Shown in pieces: positions 8,282-16,243 of a stretch of 24,000 nt of DNA (within the stretch, counting starts at the first letter, position 1; every line of letters starts with the position of its first letter). The stretch lies in the NCBI RefSeq assembly GCF_000315235.1, contig NZ_BALG01000064.1:1-24000 (forward strand), given 5' to 3'. Source of the DNA: Paenibacillus popilliae ATCC 14706 (lineage in GTDB: Bacteria > Bacillota > Bacilli > Paenibacillales > Paenibacillaceae). The notes under the pieces were generated by a model. The model was not told the DNA's origin, did no database searches, and was given only the letters and a program-made list of their open reading frames with translations. Position numbers and translations under genes: made by a program.

Positions 8282-9778
8282 TTAATGATTCTTCTTGCCG
8301 ACCTCCACAATCGTTCCGCTCTTGGTTGCATTGGCCGGCTGATCCTTGTTATACAGCCAGTAGGACGGCGTATCCGTCACTTGTTGAATCCGCAGGCGGA
8401 ATTCCTTCTTCGGCAGTCGAGCCCATTCGATAATCAACATATTACCGTCGACGGCAATATGCTCCGGAGAAACGGGTGTCTCCCCCGCTTCGGTTATCAT
8501 ATGCAGGCTGCCGGGAAGCTTGGCCGAGGGCTTATCGATTCGCTTCTGGAACGAAATGACCACCTTATCATACCGTGGACGGGCTACTGTGATCGGAGCG
8601 GGTGCTTCCTCGTACATATATTTGCCAAGATGATATTCATAGGCTGTCCATGTACGGAATCCCATCTTCGCGGCCTCCCGGCCGAACGAGTCGTGCCAGG
8701 CGCGGTCCTTCACCATTGCCGGCGACGAGCCGATATCAGCCTGCACGCCAAGCGGAACATTCGGGTGAACGGTGCGAATCTGATCGACGAAGCTCTGATA
8801 GTTATGGATATACTGCGGCGGAAGCGCGTCCTGGGGCTTCATCCAGTCGGGCCAGTGCGTCTGCAGGATATGCAGGTCCGGCCGGACCGCCGCTACCATC
8901 TCTGCGGCATCGAGTCCCTGCATCCCGCGCAGCATATCCACAGAATCCGGGCCGGCGTCGATTGCGAGCGACCAGGTCGCAACAAGAATATCCTTGTTCG
9001 CTTCCCGCACTCCGTCTGTCCCGTTCATCAGCTCATTGAGGAAGCGGTTGACGGCCTCGACCCGGAACTCGATCCAATCCTCATACAGCTCCACATTTGT
9101 CAGATAGAAATCGGGATCATCCGGATCGGTGAAATTCGGAATGCAGTCATGACCGTACTGCTCGCGGAAGGCCGCTTGGGCAAGCGGACCAACATCGCCG
9201 TATACACCGCGATCGATGCCGTCCCACTCCGGAAAGTATGGCTCTGCGACTTCAATGCCGTCGAACGGGATATCCCGGACCAGGCTAGCCAGCTTCTCCT
9301 TCTTCCACTGCATATAGGCCTCGCTATGGGGGGAGAAGCGGTAATATCCGTCATTTACCGGGGTCAACAGCTCCATCTGCCAGCTCGGCCAATCGGGGGG
9401 GAAGCCTTCCACAGCGTACGATCCGTTGCCAAGGACAAGCGCCCAGACGAACAGCCCTCTCTCCTGGAAGGCCTTGACCAGCTCGCGGTTGACATGGTTC
9501 TCATTGACGACGAAATACCGGACGGACGTATACCCGTTCTGTACAATTTCATCGGCGATGCTCGCTGCTGAGCGCTCTTGATAATAACGGAACCCCGGAT
9601 CGACCTGAATGGTCGGACCCGATAAGGCTGAAGCCTTGCGCAAGCCGAGGTCTGTGCTGTGCTCGCCTTGTTCGGCGGCCTGCCCGCTTCCAGAAGGAAG
9701 TACGAAAAAAAGAAACGTTAGTGCAGCCACACACATGCCCGGTTGCCGGAGCCATCGGTGTTGGCGGAATATGAACAT
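8282..9778 (-). CDS. Secreted glycoside-hydrolase-like (TIM-barrel, GHL10/DUF187-like) protein with a C-terminal beta-sandwich region; family uncertain
   Basis: Long ORF with signal peptide MFIFRQHRWLRQPGMCVAALTFLFFVLPSGSGQA|AEQ. The segment FDGIEVAEPYFPEWDG resembles the FDGIHLDY-type motif of putative glycosyl hydrolases. The ATG at 9778 (AGAGGTG 6 nt upstream) is preferred over the track's GTG start at 9787. Confidence 0.7.
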   Translation of the reverse strand: MFIFRQHRWLRQPGMCVAALTFLFFVLPSGSGQAAEQGEHSTDLGLRKASALSGPTIQVDPGFRYYQERSAASIADEIVQNGYTSVRYFVVNENHVNRELVKAFQERGLFVWALVLGNGSYAVEGFPPDWPSWQMELLTPVNDGYYRFSPHSEAYMQWKKEKLASLVRDIPFDGIEVAEPYFPEWDGIDRGVYGDVGPLAQAAFREQYGHDCIPNFTDPDDPDFYLTNVELYEDWIEFRVEAVNRFLNELMNGTDGVREANKDILVATWSLAIDAGPDSVDMLRGMQGLDAAEMVAAVRPDLHILQTHWPDWMKPQDALPPQYIHNYQSFVDQIRTVHPNVPLGVQADIGSSPAMVKDRAWHDSFGREAAKMGFRTWTAYEYHLGKYMYEEAPAPITVARPRYDKVVISFQKRIDKPSAKLPGSLHMITEAGETPVSPEHIAVDGNMLIIEWARLPKKEFRLRIQQVTDTPSYWLYNKDQPANATKSGTIVEVGKKNH

Positions 9779-10017
9779 ATTGAACACCTCTTGAACACCT
9801 TTTTTTGCAGGACTTTTACGGACCTAGAGCTACTTCCTGCACAGCAACTATGGCAACTAATCCACTTATTAGGTCGCTTGGCCGCCTATAAGCCATACTC
9901 GATCATGCTGATGATGGCGACAATCAATTCGGAAGGAACCGGGGCGCGTCCCGCCTTGAAGAACCTTAGAAATGTTATTTAGTTTCCCCAAATCGAGATG
10001 CTGCTCACTGCCAATTA

Positions 10018-10440
10018 ATGCTTAATTATTTAGACGATCCTTCACCAAGCAATGGACAAGTCCTTGATGAAGCTTTTCAGGAATTTTACTTGGAACTGCG
10101 CTTTACTACCTATATACTCTCTCTAATTCGTTATGCCGCAATCGACTTTGATAAAAAAGTAAGGAAGAATAACGATCGTAATGCTTTGCTTTTGGATGGG
10201 GATGTTCCCCTGACCTTTGCATCGGCTAGTGATCTACTGTCTGAAGTAAAATTTACTCGATTAGAGGATGTGGTAACAAGTCCAAAAATAAGGTTTCGCA
10301 GCAAGCGGTTTCAAAATTACGATCCCAAGCATTAAGCAGGACGCTGGGGATAGCGAAATGTGGTGAAGCTTGGAAGGGACTCATCGCATTTCTCCCCTTC
10401 CCTCTCTCTAGCGTTACAATTCGATTGTAAGGTGTGTTGA
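10018..10440 (+). pseudogene. Sigma-70-family (group 4/5 or phage ArpU-like) factor gene, truncated and frameshifted
   Basis: The frame 10018-10335 gives FYLELRFTTYILSLIRYAAIDFDKKVRKNN, which is region-2-like. The typical region-4 HTH ending (NKVSQQAVSKLRSQALSRTLG) appears only in another frame from ~10280. The region is AT-rich. Confidence 0.4.
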
Positions 10441-10680
10441 ATGTCACAAGCTAAATATGTAAGCACTACCCATAATGGTAGTGCTGTACGCTACATCGAA
10501 GCAGATTTAGACACCATTCAGATTGAATCCATTAAAGGGGAAAGTGTTGAAGATTCGGGAAAGTATAGAGTAAACGGTACGTTCTTTTACGAGACGAAAT
10601 TGACCGGTATCGCGGTGAATCGGAAGGCAGACGGAAAGAGCGCGCCTGTCCTCAAAGGCGGTGACAACACTTCCACATGA
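10441..10680 (+). CDS. Hypothetical 79-aa protein, possibly the first fragment of a decayed larger gene
   Basis: AAGGTG lies 6 nt upstream of the ATG. After the stop, two other frames stay open with protein-like sequence (MIELSVIKRNNDAQDLRGNF..., ..IAGFGFYGDIQGMILSSITDPFAADAGIEAIVKE..) up to ~10950. Confidence 0.3.
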   Translation: MSQAKYVSTTHNGSAVRYIEADLDTIQIESIKGESVEDSGKYRVNGTFFYETKLTGIAVNRKADGKSAPVLKGGDNTST

Positions 10681-11210
10681 TTGAACTGAGCGTTATCAAG
10701 CGAAACAATGATGCTCAGGACCTTCGGGGAAACTTCCGCCTGGCCGTGCTCTCTTTTCTTCAGTTGTCCCGGCTTATCTGGCAATCATCGCTGGATTCGG
10801 ATTCTACGGTGACATTCAGGGGATGATCCTGTCCTCCATAACCGATCCGTTCGCGGCTGATGCCGGCATAGAGGCGATAGTGAAGGAAAGCCTATTCCAC
10901 ACCTTGTATCGTTATCATGTGAGGATATTCAACACATTCCTACCTGTATAACGAGGGCTAGCCAGCACTCGTTATGATGAGTCGGTTTGAAAATATTACA
11001 GTTCTTCAACCTTTTCAGATCATTCTTATTCTATTATGGAGCTTATATGCATGAAAGCGAGGTCCAAGACCCGCCGAAGGTCCAGGATCACAGCCGCACT
11101 CCAGTCCATGTCCAGTCCGCCCCTTTTCGGATACGATAAGGGTAACAAATTCAGAGAGAAGAAGTAGCCAGAGATGGTGAAGTTATAAATAAAGGGAGAT
11201 GTTAGGAAAC

Positions 11211-12413
11211 ATGTATGATCGGGGTTACGGAAAACAGCCGAAGGAGAAGGTGCTCGTACTCGCAGGATCGCTCGGCCACGGCCATCTGCAGGCGGCTCAC
11301 GCGATTCGGGAAGCGGCCCGCACCTGGTGCCCGCAGGAAGCGGAAGTGCATGTCGTCGATTACCTGGAACAGGTGTCGCCGCATCTGCACACGGTCGGTT
11401 CGTACTGCTTCGTGCAATGGTTGAAAATGTTCCCGAATATGTACGGCTTACTGTTCGAGATGACACGCCGGGATCATCGCTTCTCCCAACTGATTAAGAA
11501 TGTTCCGCTGACGAGGCTGCGTCCGCTCATCAAGCTGATTCGCAAGCTGCAGCCGACGATTATCGTCAGCACGTTCCCGGCGGCGAGCGCGGCGGTATCC
11601 CGCCTGAAGGAACGCGGAGCTGTGCAATGCGGCCTGGTTACGGTCATTACCGACCATACCGATCACAGCTTCTGGATTCACCCCCATACCGACCGCTATC
11701 TCGTCGGATCGGAGGAGGCCCGGGCCAAGCTGGCCGGACAAGGCATTCCCGCCAGCCGGATCGAGGTATCCGGCATTCCGGTTCGTCCGGAGTTCTATGG
11801 AAGCTATGACAAAGCGGCGCTGCGCCGCCGCCACGGCCTGGATACGAAGCGGATGACCGTGTTGCTGATGGGAGGCGGCTGCGGTCTGCTCGATCCCGAA
11901 TTCTTCCGCGCTATGGAAGAAACTGACTGGGCTGCCGACATGCAGTTCATCGTCATCTGCGGCCGGAACGAGCGGCTGCGCCGCCACCTTGAGGAATGGG
12001 CGGCCTCGTCCCCGCTTCAAATCCGGGTCGAAGGCTACGTGCAGCCGGTCCATGAATATATGGCGATGTCCGATCTGTTGATTACGAAGCCAGGCGGGGT
12101 GACGACGACCGAGGCGGTCGTCCAGCGGCTACCGCTGCTCATCTACAAGCCGCTGCCGGGCCAAGAGATGGACAACATCCGCTATCTGGTCCGCAAGGGT
12201 CTGGCCTGCCAAGCCGAGATCCCGGAGGATCTCGTGTCTCAGCTCTCGTCCTTCGCTTCCCGGCCTGAAGCACTGCAATGGATGAGCGTCCGCGCCCAGG
12301 CGGAACGCCAGCATACGCACGCACGCGTGCTGGAAGCGATTCTGCAAGTTGAACGGCACCCGATTGTGCCGCGCAGGACGGCAAGACTCCGCTTTCGCCG
12401 CAACTACGTTTAA
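11211..12413 (+). CDS. ugtP: MGDG-synthase-family glycosyltransferase (UgtP/YpfP-like processive diacylglycerol glucosyltransferase)
   Basis: KVLVLAGSLGHGHLQAAHAI..., GIPVRPEF, LITKPGGVTTTEA and LLIYKPLPGQEMDN align with B. subtilis UgtP as I remember it (RVLILTANYGNGHVQVAK..., GIPIRPQF, MITKPGGITLTEA, ILYKPVPGQEKEN). The ATG at 11211 (GGGAGA upstream) is preferred over 11199. Confidence 0.85.
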   Translation: MYDRGYGKQPKEKVLVLAGSLGHGHLQAAHAIREAARTWCPQEAEVHVVDYLEQVSPHLHTVGSYCFVQWLKMFPNMYGLLFEMTRRDHRFSQLIKNVPLTRLRPLIKLIRKLQPTIIVSTFPAASAAVSRLKERGAVQCGLVTVITDHTDHSFWIHPHTDRYLVGSEEARAKLAGQGIPASRIEVSGIPVRPEFYGSYDKAALRRRHGLDTKRMTVLLMGGGCGLLDPEFFRAMEETDWAADMQFIVICGRNERLRRHLEEWAASSPLQIRVEGYVQPVHEYMAMSDLLITKPGGVTTTEAVVQRLPLLIYKPLPGQEMDNIRYLVRKGLACQAEIPEDLVSQLSSFASRPEALQWMSVRAQAERQHTHARVLEAILQVERHPIVPRRTARLRFRRNYV

Positions 12414-12433
12414 CCATACTAGGTAAAAAATAG

Positions 12434-12463
12434 CCGTCAGGGTGTTCGCCCTGGCGGTTTTTT
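12434..12463. terminator. Bidirectional rho-independent terminator
   Basis: ccgtcaggg-tgttcg-ccctggcgg, flanked by aaaaaata on the left and tttttt on the right. It lies between convergent ugtP and the GNAT-side genes. Confidence 0.7.
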
Positions 12464-12479
12464 GCGCGGGTTGAGACGG

Positions 12480-12566
12480 TCATTTATAAGAGCCGCCATG
12501 TTGAAAAAGAGGATCGCTAGAGGTGAACAGAGCGATGAAGATACGGTCCAGCGTATCGTCTTTCAC
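12480..12566 (-). CDS. Candidate 28-aa small ORF downstream of the GNAT gene
   Basis: GGGAGG lies 5 nt upstream of a GTG. It encodes VKDDTLDRIFIALFTSSDPLFQHGGSYK* and ends just before the bidirectional terminator. No homology is recognised. Confidence 0.2.
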   Translation of the reverse strand: MKDDTLDRIFIALFTSSDPLFQHGGSYK

Positions 12567-12588
12567 GCGTTCCTCCCGATTTATGGCG

Positions 12589-13428
12589 TCACATCGATAT
12601 GCTCAATATTGCGGAGATAATGACATCATTCATGATCAGCTTCTTCGCAATCTCGTTCTGCGGCAGATCCGTGTCGTAGATCCGAATGACCTGCTCGTTC
12701 ATCAACCGCAAGTTCGTGAGGTTCATCCGGACACCTTCACCGTCGTGTTGCGTTACGACATGGCTGTCGGATGCCCGGGACTCTCGTTCTGCCAAACCGC
12801 CGTTTCCAGGCAGACAGACCATGCAATATTGCTTCAGGTCGCTGTTCCGCATCTGGATCGTATCCACGATAGTGAAGCCGTAATGCTCGTACAACCCGAC
12901 ATTGCGTGGATTTTGCGTCTCCAGGGTACAGGCGATTCTCCGTTCACGACATTCGGCCAGCAGGGGGGACATTATCTTCCGCACCCAGCCCTGACCCCGG
13001 TATTGCGGCTGCACCACGAGCATGTCGAGATGCAGATAAGGCTGGTCGCCCAATGAGGCCAACCAGGCCGAGCTCATGCTGCGCAGGCCCGACAAGGCGC
13101 GCAGGAAGCCGGCGGGACTGATGTAGCGGCACATGCGAAGCGACTTCGCGATGGCCCGGGCAACGCCCCATGTGTAGCTCATGCGGGAAGCCCAAGAGGC
13201 TCCCACCCGCTCCGAGCGGAAGACGAGCGCGACGGCCTCCATCTTCTCGGATGTCGCATATAAGCCGCCGTAATCATACAGCAACTCGATATAATTGCGA
13301 AAAAACAGCTTCAACACTTCCACACGGGTGGACGGATCGGGCAGCAAGTGCACATACAATCCGTCTTCCTTGAAGTTATCGGCCATGACCGCAGCCACAG
13401 CTTCCATACGCTTGCGTTCCAAGAGCAA
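12589..13428 (-). CDS. GNAT family N-acetyltransferase with a ~75-aa C-terminal extension
   Basis: GNAT core LHLDMLVVQPQYRGQGWVRKIMSPLLAECRERRIACTLETQNPRNVGLYEHYGFTIV (acetyl-CoA Q/RxxGxG/A motif). The track start is a TTG at 13428, and the ATG at 13407 is an alternative. Neither has a good SD. Confidence 0.8.
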   Translation of the reverse strand: MLLERKRMEAVAAVMADNFKEDGLYVHLLPDPSTRVEVLKLFFRNYIELLYDYGGLYATSEKMEAVALVFRSERVGASWASRMSYTWGVARAIAKSLRMCRYISPAGFLRALSGLRSMSSAWLASLGDQPYLHLDMLVVQPQYRGQGWVRKIMSPLLAECRERRIACTLETQNPRNVGLYEHYGFTIVDTIQMRNSDLKQYCMVCLPGNGGLAERESRASDSHVVTQHDGEGVRMNLTNLRLMNEQVIRIYDTDLPQNEIAKKLIMNDVIISAILSISM

Positions 13429-13774
13429 CAGCTTGGCGCTACAAATAGTTCCACCCCAAATCTTTGGAATAAGGCTCCTGCGCTGCTCTACGGCGCCGGA
13501 ACTTCTGCTGTCATCTTACTGCGCTGGAGCGGATGTGTCAATTGTTCCCATCGTGAACTCAGGTGGATGCGAAGCCTTCAGAGGTGGCGGCCCAAGCCGC
13601 ATCGAAGGAGGATGACGCCCATCGAGCGCTCCCGCCTTATCGTGGTCCGGGCCGATGTGCCCCCTGATTGGCCGGTTATGCACGGTTGGAGTGCTCATGC
13701 TCCAGGATGGCTCAGGGCGAACGGAATGAAATCATTGGAGTTGGCAATAGTAAGTGCCTAAGGAGGTGCCAACG

Positions 13775-13906
13775 ATGGAAAATACGCATGATTATGTAGA
13801 GAAGCTGAAGGAGACGCGGGAGAAGGCGGAGCGCAATCAGCAGCGGCAGGGTAAAGGCTCGCCAGGCAACAAGCTGCCGAACAAGCAGCATAGTACGAAT
13901 AAGTAG
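13775..13906 (+). CDS. 43-aa highly hydrophilic small protein (composition reminiscent of minor SASP/YfhD-like spore proteins)
   Basis: AAGGAGG lies 8 nt upstream of the ATG. It encodes MENTHDYVEKLKETREKAERNQQRQGKGSPGNKLPNKQHSTNK*. It is below the ORF-track size cut-off. Confidence 0.45.
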   Translation: MENTHDYVEKLKETREKAERNQQRQGKGSPGNKLPNKQHSTNK

Positions 13907-14139
13907 AGGAACCTACTCCGACATCCATTCACAGCCAGGCGGGGTACCCTAGCGTCTAGCCCAGGTAGGTAGCCCGCCTATCCTCCGGCTTCATCCGCAG
14001 CAATTCGCCGGATTCGCATGCTCGATGAAGTACATGGTCCTGCACTTCATCCTTCATGAACGCGGGCTCATGGGAACCGGGGCGCGCGAAGAGAACGCTA
14101 TGAACATGATGGAACACCTCTCTCACGGATTGGGAATGC

Positions 14140-15093
14140 CTATATTAGGTTGAACAAAATCGCTGCGCCCAGAGCGGCAATTCGGGCCATATTCGTGATG
14201 ATGAAGTTTTTGACCGCCAAGACGAAGGTATGCTCCTTGGTCTGCTTCTGCTGGAAAGTGCGGATATTGCGCTGTACCGGTATCAGCGTGCTCAGGACAA
14301 GCAGCACAATAATCGGGTTGACCTTCAAGATAAACAGGACGATAAGATCCAGATAGGATGCGTAATAGACGATGCGGAACAAGGCAAGCGCACTCGCCTT
14401 CCCGATATAGACCGGTAGCGTATACCGCTTATTTTCCACATCGTCTTCCATGTCGCAAATATTGTTGGCCAGCATAATATTCGCGATGCACAGAATCGCC
14501 GGAATCGAGATCAGGAATACCAGCAGCACTTCGATCATATTGATATCAACCTTTATATGCCAGTCCTCCAGCCACAAGGCCACCAGCTGATGATCTTCCA
14601 CATGAATATACGTGGAGATGAAGATGATAACGAACCCCATGAACAACCCGGAGAACAATTCCCCCAGCGGCATGCGGGAGATCGGGACCGGCCCGAGCGA
14701 GTACAAAAAGCCGACCAAAAACGATATTCCGCCTAAAAGCAGGATCAGCAGGCTGGTCTGGAGGAACAGAACAACCCCCGTGCTTATCGCGATTACGAGC
14801 AGCGTCATAATAGTGGCGACGACAGTCGATTCCTTCAATTGGTACTGCACGATCGCATTATGGACCTCATAGCCGTAGCCATAGGTTTTGATCGCCTTCT
14901 TGTAATCGTAATAGTTGTTGATGGCCGTGGCCGCCATATCGAAGGACAGCAGAGAGGCCAGCATCAGCAAAAAATGGCCGACTTCGAAGGATTGGAACCG
15001 AAATACGGCATACAGACTGCCGATAAAGAAGGGGATCATGCTGGCTGTTTTGGTCTGGATCTCGACCAGCTTGAGAAAGTTTTTGATCGTCAC
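14140..15093 (-). CDS. menA: UbiA-family prenyltransferase, MenA-like (1,4-dihydroxy-2-naphthoate polyprenyltransferase)
   Basis: 317-aa polytopic protein with two UbiA motifs: a degenerate first one (NNYYDYKKA) and NNICDMEDD, compare MenA NNIRDxxxD. GTG start with AGGAG 8 nt upstream. Confidence 0.8.
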   Translation of the reverse strand: MTIKNFLKLVEIQTKTASMIPFFIGSLYAVFRFQSFEVGHFLLMLASLLSFDMAATAINNYYDYKKAIKTYGYGYEVHNAIVQYQLKESTVVATIMTLLVIAISTGVVLFLQTSLLILLLGGISFLVGFLYSLGPVPISRMPLGELFSGLFMGFVIIFISTYIHVEDHQLVALWLEDWHIKVDINMIEVLLVFLISIPAILCIANIMLANNICDMEDDVENKRYTLPVYIGKASALALFRIVYYASYLDLIVLFILKVNPIIVLLVLSTLIPVQRNIRTFQQKQTKEHTFVLAVKNFIITNMARIAALGAAILFNLI

Positions 15094-15257
15094 GTTTCAA
15101 GCTCCTCTGCATGTACAGCACCCGTAGGGGCATCTTTCTGTTTTACTTCTTTTCCTCTAAACTGTACCACCAGTTCCAAGGACCGTCCAGTTCCTTCGTT
15201 TCTCCCGAAAAACACAAAAAAAGCCCATAAAAATCTAGTCCGTGCACGCGGTTCATC

Positions 15258-15286
15258 TTGACAAGCCATTCTATCAATATTACTCT
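15258..15286 (+). promoter_or_regulatory. Candidate promoter for the PPEP leader
   Basis: TTGACA (15258-15263), a 17-nt spacer, then TACTCT, which is a weak -10. TATTAC at a 14-nt spacing is the alternative. Confidence 0.25.
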
Positions 15287-15334
15287 AAAGACAGATAAAT
15301 CGCTAGATTTTTCTTCCAATTGGATATCTATCCT

Positions 15335-15425
15335 AGTAATAAAAGCAAACCTATCGAAGGATGGGGACACAAGGCTACAGGGGTTTCAGCGAATGAGACT
15401 CGCTATGCCAGCCAGCTACCAAGAA
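15335..15425 (+). promoter_or_regulatory. Divergent GEMM-I (c-di-GMP-I-like) riboswitch aptamer in the PPEP leader
   Basis: aaaAGCAAACC-UAUC-GAAG-GAUG-GGGACACAAGGCUACAGGGG...CGCUAUGCCAGCCAGCUACC follows the GEMM-I order (GGCAAACC-stem-GNRA-stem-GGGACGCAAAGCC...UAUG.CAGCC.GG.U.CC). It has substitutions at several normally conserved positions. Confidence 0.5.
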
Positions 15426-15521
15426 TGAAGCAAGCTCCGAACTGCGCGATCAACTCTACCAATCCGGATGGAATGGAAGAGTCGCGGAGCAGAGACGCCA
15501 GGCTTAAGAGGAGAGATTGCG

Positions 15522-16178
15522 ATGAAATGGGACAAGCGTCTGTTGGGCATCTTTGTATTGACCGGTATCTTGTTCATGGTACCGGTCTATCCGGTTCATG
15601 CCAAGGATGCCATTATCGAAAAATTAGTCGTGCTGCCAAGCAGTGATTATAATGTCAAGGAAGCGGAAGCCATGAAGGAGCGGCTAGCCAAGATCCCCGC
15701 CCACATTCTGAACAAGCTGCATGACAAGGGTGTCAAAATCAAGCTGACGAACGATATTATTACGAACGAACCGGAGTTAAGTTATTTGAAGGGCGTTACG
15801 CCGCGAGGCTGGGAAGGCACCGGCAAGACGTGGGACGATGTTCCCGGCGTCAGCGAGCACGTAGTCGTTGCCCGTATCGGTTACAGCAAGCAGGGCCAGG
15901 GACACAATTCGTTCAATCTGGAACTTCACGAGACCATGCATGCGGTAGACTGCATCGTCTTCAATGAAATCAGCAGCACCAAGGAATTTAAGAACATCTT
16001 CAACCAGGAAGCGAACATCAACTATTACGAGGACGGCTACGTGTTGGCCTATCCAGTCGAATACTTCACGGAGACCGCCAGCTTGTATGTATATAGCGAC
16101 GCCACGCGGGAAGAGCTTAAGAAGACCACCCCGCTCACCTATGAATTTATGGACAAGCTGTTCACCAATCCATCATAG
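15522..16178 (+). CDS. Secreted Pro-Pro endopeptidase, PPEP-2-like (M34 / anthrax-lethal-factor-like zinc metalloprotease)
   Basis: AAGAGGAGAG lies 6 nt upstream of the ATG at 15522. Signal peptide MKWDKRLLGIFVLTGILFMVPVYPVHA|KD. YLKGVTPRGWEGTGKTWDDVPG, NLELHETMHAVD (HExxH at 15927-15941) and PVEYFTETASLY match C. difficile PPEP-1 as I remember it almost block for block. Confidence 0.9.
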   Translation: MKWDKRLLGIFVLTGILFMVPVYPVHAKDAIIEKLVVLPSSDYNVKEAEAMKERLAKIPAHILNKLHDKGVKIKLTNDIITNEPELSYLKGVTPRGWEGTGKTWDDVPGVSEHVVVARIGYSKQGQGHNSFNLELHETMHAVDCIVFNEISSTKEFKNIFNQEANINYYEDGYVLAYPVEYFTETASLYVYSDATREELKKTTPLTYEFMDKLFTNPS

Positions 16179-16183
16179 TCACA

Positions 16184-16220
16184 GAAGCTCCTTCTGGGCA
16201 GTTGCCGCGGAAGGAGCTTC
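16184..16220. terminator. Hairpin between the convergent PPEP and adhesin genes; likely a shared 3' end structure
   Basis: gaagctccttc-15 nt-gaaggagcttc, an 11-bp perfect stem centred in the 65-nt gap between the two stop codons. There is no clear U-tract. Confidence 0.5.
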
Positions 16221-16243
16221 ATGTTCATGCAGGCGAGCTTGCC

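Noticed and set aside
8285-9571. 428-aa plus-strand ORF antisense to the glycosidase-like gene
   Set aside because: It has no signal, motif or SD. The minus-strand frame has a signal peptide and a coherent domain-like sequence.
11026-11466. 146-aa minus-strand ORF overlapping the ugtP start
   Set aside because: It overlaps a well-supported gene on the other strand and has a Pro/Arg/Ser-rich sequence with no SD.
13956-14057. 33-aa minus-strand ORF MKDEVQDHVLHRACESGELLRMKPEDRRATYLG downstream of menA
   Set aside because: It has no recognisable SD upstream and no recognised homology, so it is too weak to call.
15468-15521. Upstream ATG (15468) as the PPEP start, and ATG 20550 as the qoxA start
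   Set aside because: The extensions lack an SD and would bury the signal peptide or lipobox. Internal starts at 15522 (AAGAGGAGAG) and 20703 (GAAAGGGG, lipobox LTGC) fit the homolog N-termini.
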